DNA of 64,000 bases from Propionicimonas sp. (GTDB taxonomy: Bacteria > Actinomycetota > Actinomycetes > Propionibacteriales > Propionibacteriaceae): positions 1,926 through 65,925 of the forward strand of contig JAPUEM010000105.1 in assembly GCA_027492575.1 (NCBI GenBank). The letters run 5' to 3'. Below, piece after piece: positions 59,952 through 64,000 of the stretch; position 1 is the first letter of the stretch; each line of letters starts with the position of its first letter. The position numbers and the translations under genes are program-made. The notes beneath the pieces were generated by a model. That model was not told where the DNA came from. It was given only the letters and a program-made list of their open reading frames with translations, and did no database searches.

Positions 59952-60991
59952 GCATCGTGACTCCGGACGCCCCGGCCACCGCCGCGACCCCGGTCTGGTG
60001 GCGTGGCGCCGTCCGCAAACTGACCACCAACCCGTCGACCCTGCCGACGCTGGCCTCACTGGTGATCTTCGTGGGCATGCTGATCTACGGCGAGGCCGCC
60101 TACGGCAAGATCCTGCAGTACTCGACGATCTCCAACTTGTTCATCAACAACGCCCACATCCTCATCCTGGCGGCGGGCATGACGATGGTCATCGTGACCG
60201 GCGGCATCGACCTGTCGGTCGGCGCGATCGTCGCCTTCAGCTCGGTCGCCGGCGTGATGCTCGCCAACGCCGGGCTCAACCCCTGGCTGGCCGTCGCGCT
60301 CATGGTGCTGATCGGCTCGGCCTTCGGACTGTTCTCCGGGGTGCTGATCCAGTACTTCAACGTGCAGCCCTTCATCGCGACCCTATCTGCGATGTTCCTG
60401 GCCCGCGGTCTGGCGGCGATCCTGTCGACCGACGCGGAGAAGCTCGACAAGGAATCCCCGATCCGCCTGCTCGCCACCAAGATCAAGCTGATCGACGGGC
60501 CGAAGGTGAACGACCTGGAGATCACGGCGGGCGTCATCATCGCCTTTCTGGTCGTGCTGGCGGCCTTCCACCTGATGCATCGCACCCGGACCGGTCGCAC
60601 CGCCTACGCGATCGGCGGCTCCGAGGGCTCCGCCGTGCTGATGGGCCTGCCGGTGCATCGCACCAAGCTGTGGCTCTACGTCATCAGCGGGACCCTCGCC
60701 GGGCTGGCGTCGGTGGTGTACACCTCGCGGATCGGGGTCGGCCAGAACATCACCGGCGAGGGCTGGGAGATGCAGGCCATCGCGGCGGCGGTGATCGGCG
60801 GCACCCTGCTGACCGGCGGGGCAGGCTACGTGCTGGGCTCGGTCGTCGGATCGCTGGTGCTCGGCCTGATGATCGTGCTGATTACCCGGGACGGCTCCGT
60901 GCCGCCGGAGTGGACCACCATCATCACCGGCGGAATCCTGTTGGCCTTCGTCCTCTTGCAGCGCGCCGTGACCGCGGCTCAACGGAAGTAG
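59948..60991 (+). CDS. Sugar ABC transporter permease
   Basis: GGIDLSVG, QPFIATL, EMQAIAAAVIGGTLLTGG. Confidence 0.92.
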   Translation: MSIVTPDAPATAATPVWWRGAVRKLTTNPSTLPTLASLVIFVGMLIYGEAAYGKILQYSTISNLFINNAHILILAAGMTMVIVTGGIDLSVGAIVAFSSVAGVMLANAGLNPWLAVALMVLIGSAFGLFSGVLIQYFNVQPFIATLSAMFLARGLAAILSTDAEKLDKESPIRLLATKIKLIDGPKVNDLEITAGVIIAFLVVLAAFHLMHRTRTGRTAYAIGGSEGSAVLMGLPVHRTKLWLYVISGTLAGLASVVYTSRIGVGQNITGEGWEMQAIAAAVIGGTLLTGGAGYVLGSVVGSLVLGLMIVLITRDGSVPPEWTTIITGGILLAFVLLQRAVTAAQRK

Positions 60992-61000
60992 AGGGGCGCC

Positions 61001-61729
61001 ATGACCGAAGACGAGATCGCGCTGCGGGCGCGGATCGAACGGGTGCGCGCGGAGGTCGCCGGGTTGCATGCCGAATTGGTGCGCTACGGCCTGGTGGTGT
61101 GGACGGCGGGGAACGTCTCGGGCCGGGTGCCGGGGACGGACCTGTTCGTGATCAAGCCGTCGGGGGTGTCGTACGACGAACTGGCCCCGGAGAACATGAT
61201 CCTGTGCGACCTGGCCGGGAACGCGGTTCCGGGCACGCCGGGCAGCGAGCGGTCGCCGTCCAGCGATACCGCCGCGCACGCCTACGTCTACCGGCACATG
61301 CCGGAGGTGGGTGGTGTGGTGCACACCCATTCCGACTACGCGACCGCGTGGGCGGCGCGCCGCGAACCGATCCCCTGTGTGCTGACCATGATCGCCGACG
61401 AGTTCGGCGGCGAGATCCCGGTGGGTCCGTTCGCGCGGATCGGTGACGACTCGATCGGACGCGGGATCGTCGAGACCCTGCGCGACTCCCGTTCCCGGGC
61501 GGTGCTGATGGCCAACCACGGGCCGTTCACCGTCGGCGTCACCGCCAGGGATGCGGTGAAGGCCGCGGTGATGGTGGAGGACGTGGCGCGGACCGTCCAT
61601 CTCGCGCGGCAACTGGGGGAGCCGACGCCGATCGCCCAGACCGACATTGATTCGTTGTACGCCCGGTATCAGAACGTGTACGGCCAGGCCAGTGATGACC
61701 GCCGTCCCGACCAGAAGGAAGAAGCATGA
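61001..61729 (+). CDS. araD: L-ribulose-5-phosphate 4-epimerase
   Basis: [31 protein letters not shown]. Confidence 0.92.
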   Translation: MTEDEIALRARIERVRAEVAGLHAELVRYGLVVWTAGNVSGRVPGTDLFVIKPSGVSYDELAPENMILCDLAGNAVPGTPGSERSPSSDTAAHAYVYRHMPEVGGVVHTHSDYATAWAARREPIPCVLTMIADEFGGEIPVGPFARIGDDSIGRGIVETLRDSRSRAVLMANHGPFTVGVTARDAVKAAVMVEDVARTVHLARQLGEPTPIAQTDIDSLYARYQNVYGQASDDRRPDQKEEA

Positions 61730-63228
61730 GCCTGAACACCTCCCTCGACACCTACGAGGTCTGGTTCGTCACCGGTAGTCAGTCGCTGTATGGCGAGGAG
61801 ACGTTGCGGCAGGTGGCTGAGCAGTCGCAGGCGGTGGCTGCCGGGTTGGGCGGTTTGCCGGTGCGGGTGGTGTGGAAGCCGGTGTTGATCGACACCGACG
61901 GTATTCGTCGGTTGGTGTTGGAGGTTAACGCCCGTGATGACGTGGTCGGGGTGGTGGCGTGGATGCATACGTTCAGTCCGGCGAAGATGTGGATCGCCGG
62001 GCTGGATGCGCTGCGCAAGCCGTTGTTGCATCTGCACACGCAGGCGAATGTGGAGCTGCCTTGGGAGGAGATCGACTTCGACTTCATGAACCTGAACCAG
62101 GCTGCGCATGGGGATCGGGAGTTCGGTTACATCCAGACTCGGCTCGGGGTGCCGCGCAAGACGGTGGTGGGTCATGTGTCGAACCCGGAGGTGCGTCGTC
62201 AGGTGGAGGTGTGGCAGCGGGCGGCGGCCGGTTGGCAGGCCGCACGGACGCTGAGGCTGGCCCGGTTCGGGGACAACATGCGCTACGTCGCGGTCACCGA
62301 GGGTGACAAGACCGAGGCCGAGCTCAGGCTGGGCGTCCAGGTGAACACCTGGGGGGTCAACGAACTAGCGAACGCGGTAGCGCGGGTGTCGGACGCCGAC
62401 ACCGACGCGTTGGTGGCCGACTACATCGACAGCTACGACGTGGCCGCCGAGCTGCTGCCCGGAGGGGCGCGGCACCAGTCGCTGCGGGACGGCGCCGCGA
62501 TCGAGCTCGGGCTGCGCTCTTTCCTGGAAGCCGGCGGTTTCGGAGCGTTCACTACCAGCTTCGAGGATCTGGGTGGGCTGAAGCAGCTACCCGGTCTGGC
62601 CGTGCAGAGATTGATGGCCGAGGGCTACGGGTTCGGCGCCGAGGGCGACTGGAAGACGGCGATCCTGGTGCGGGTGGCCAACGTGATGGGCTCCGGCCTG
62701 CCCGGTGGCGCCTCGCTCATGGAGGACTACACCTACGACCTCACCCCGGGGGACGAGAAGATACTCGGCGCGCACATGCTGGAGGTCTCGCCCTCGCTGA
62801 CCACCGCACGGCCCCGGTTGGAGGTGCATCCGCTGGGGATCGGCGGCAAGGACGACCCTGTGCGGTTGGTCTTCACTGCCGACCCGGGCCCGGCCCTGGT
62901 GGTCGCCATGTCGGACGTACGCGATCGGTTCCGGCTGGTGGCGAACGTGGTGACCAACATCGTCCCGCCGGATCTGCCGAAGCTCCCGGTCGGTCGTGCC
63001 GTGTGGCGCCCGGCGCCTGACTTTGCGACCAGTGCGGCTTGCTGGCTGGCTGCCGGCGCTGCTCATCACACGGTGATGACGACCGCGGTCGGTGTCGAGG
63101 TCTTCCGGGATTTCGCCGAGATCGCCGGTATCGAGCTGCTGGAGATCGACGACGCGACGACGGTCCGCGGTTTCACCCGCGAACTGCGCTGGAACCAGGC
63201 CTACTACCGCCTCGCCCAGGGGCTGTAA
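61726..63228 (+). CDS. araA: L-arabinose isomerase
   Basis: [59 protein letters not shown]. Confidence 0.97.
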   Translation: MSLNTSLDTYEVWFVTGSQSLYGEETLRQVAEQSQAVAAGLGGLPVRVVWKPVLIDTDGIRRLVLEVNARDDVVGVVAWMHTFSPAKMWIAGLDALRKPLLHLHTQANVELPWEEIDFDFMNLNQAAHGDREFGYIQTRLGVPRKTVVGHVSNPEVRRQVEVWQRAAAGWQAARTLRLARFGDNMRYVAVTEGDKTEAELRLGVQVNTWGVNELANAVARVSDADTDALVADYIDSYDVAAELLPGGARHQSLRDGAAIELGLRSFLEAGGFGAFTTSFEDLGGLKQLPGLAVQRLMAEGYGFGAEGDWKTAILVRVANVMGSGLPGGASLMEDYTYDLTPGDEKILGAHMLEVSPSLTTARPRLEVHPLGIGGKDDPVRLVFTADPGPALVVAMSDVRDRFRLVANVVTNIVPPDLPKLPVGRAVWRPAPDFATSAACWLAAGAAHHTVMTTAVGVEVFRDFAEIAGIELLEIDDATTVRGFTRELRWNQAYYRLAQGL

Positions 63229-63233
63229 CCCGG

Positions 63234-63278
63234 AACGCGGAAAGGGCCCAGAGTTCAACCCTCGGGGCCCCTTCCGCG
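63234..63278. terminator. Hairpin between convergent araA and glgP
   Basis: ACGCGGAAAGGGCCC / GGGCCCCTTCCGCGT imperfect inverted repeat. Confidence 0.65.
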
Positions 63279-63286
63279 TGTGCGGC

Positions 63287-64000
63287 TTAGCGCAGCGGCT
63301 GGGTGTGCCAGATCCGCTCCAGGTAGTCGGTCATCGAGCGGTCGGAGGAGAAGAAGCCCGCCCGGGCGACGTTCAGCACCGCGGAGCGCGTCCACGCGTC
63401 GGTGTCGGCGTAGTAGGCGTCCACCTTGGCCTGGGTGTCGATGTAGGACTGGAAGTCCGCCAGCGCCAGGAAGCGATCCTCGTAGAGCAGGTTCGAGACC
63501 AGCGGCTCGAAAGTGTTCCGGTCGCCGTGCGAGAAGTGGCCCGAGGCGATCAGATCCAGGGTGGCCTTCAGCTGCGGGTTGGTCTCGTAGTACTCGTGCG
63601 GACGGTAGCCCTTCTGCTGCAGTTCGGCGACCTCGGGCTCGAGCAGGCCGAACAGGAAGAAGTGCTCGTCGCCTACCAACTGCCGGATCTCGACGTTCGC
63701 GCCGTCGTCGGTGCCGATGGTGAGGGCGCCGTTCAGGGCGAACTTCATGTTGCCGGTGCCGGAGGCCTCCTTGCCGGCCAGGGAGATCTGCTCGGAGAGA
63801 TCCGCCGCCGGGATCAGCCGCTCGGCCAGGGTGACGTTGTAGTTCGCCGGGAAGGCGACCGACAGCACCCCGTCCACCAGCGGATCGGCGTTGACGACCC
63901 GCGCCACCTGGTTGATCAGGTGGATGGTCTCCTTCGCGATCCGGTAGCCGGGGGCGGCCTTGGCGCCGAAGATGAAGGTGCGCGGGGTGACGTCCGACAG
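63287..64000 (-). CDS. glgP: Glycogen/starch/maltodextrin phosphorylase, 3' part (runs off the window)
   Basis: [45 protein letters not shown]. Confidence 0.93.
   Translation of the reverse strand: MSDVTPRTFIFGAKAAPGYRIAKETIHLINQVARVVNADPLVDGVLSVAFPANYNVTLAERLIPAADLSEQISLAGKEASGTGNMKFALNGALTIGTDDGANVEIRQLVGDEHFFLFGLLEPEVAELQQKGYRPHEYYETNPQLKATLDLIASGHFSHGDRNTFEPLVSNLLYEDRFLALADFQSYIDTQAKVDAYYADTDAWTRSAVLNVARAGFFSSDRSMTDYLERIWHTQPLR

Overview
High-GC actinobacterial chromosome segment; the protein sequences resemble Propionibacteriaceae (inference). The backbone is the core transcription/translation region: aspC/tyrB, tRNA-Trp, secE-nusG-rplK-rplA, rplJ-rplL, rpoB-rpoC, the str operon, the S10-spc block, secY-adk-map. 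Accessory DNA interrupts or follows it. (i) Between rplL and rpoB lies a divergent pair: a 53-aa secreted peptide ending GGWPFDK and a ~433-aa XRE-HTH/TPR-like regulator. It has the architecture of an RRNPP-type peptide-signalling cassette and is the best candidate for an undescribed system. (ii) Between tuf and rpsJ are a secreted protein with GT80 sialyltransferase-like motifs, a divergent glnS/gltX pair, an MFS transporter, a 2H phosphoesterase and small genes. (iii) After map come an ATP-grasp/alpha-E/transglutaminase operon, an A/T-richer patch with a frameshifted sensor kinase, FAD oxidoreductases (one with an in-frame palindromic repeat insertion), DsbA/VKOR, an L-arabinose cluster and the 3' end of glgP. 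Three families of short dispersed palindromic repeats are present. No CRISPR array, rRNA or transposase was seen. All assignments come from motif recognition by eye; no searches were run.
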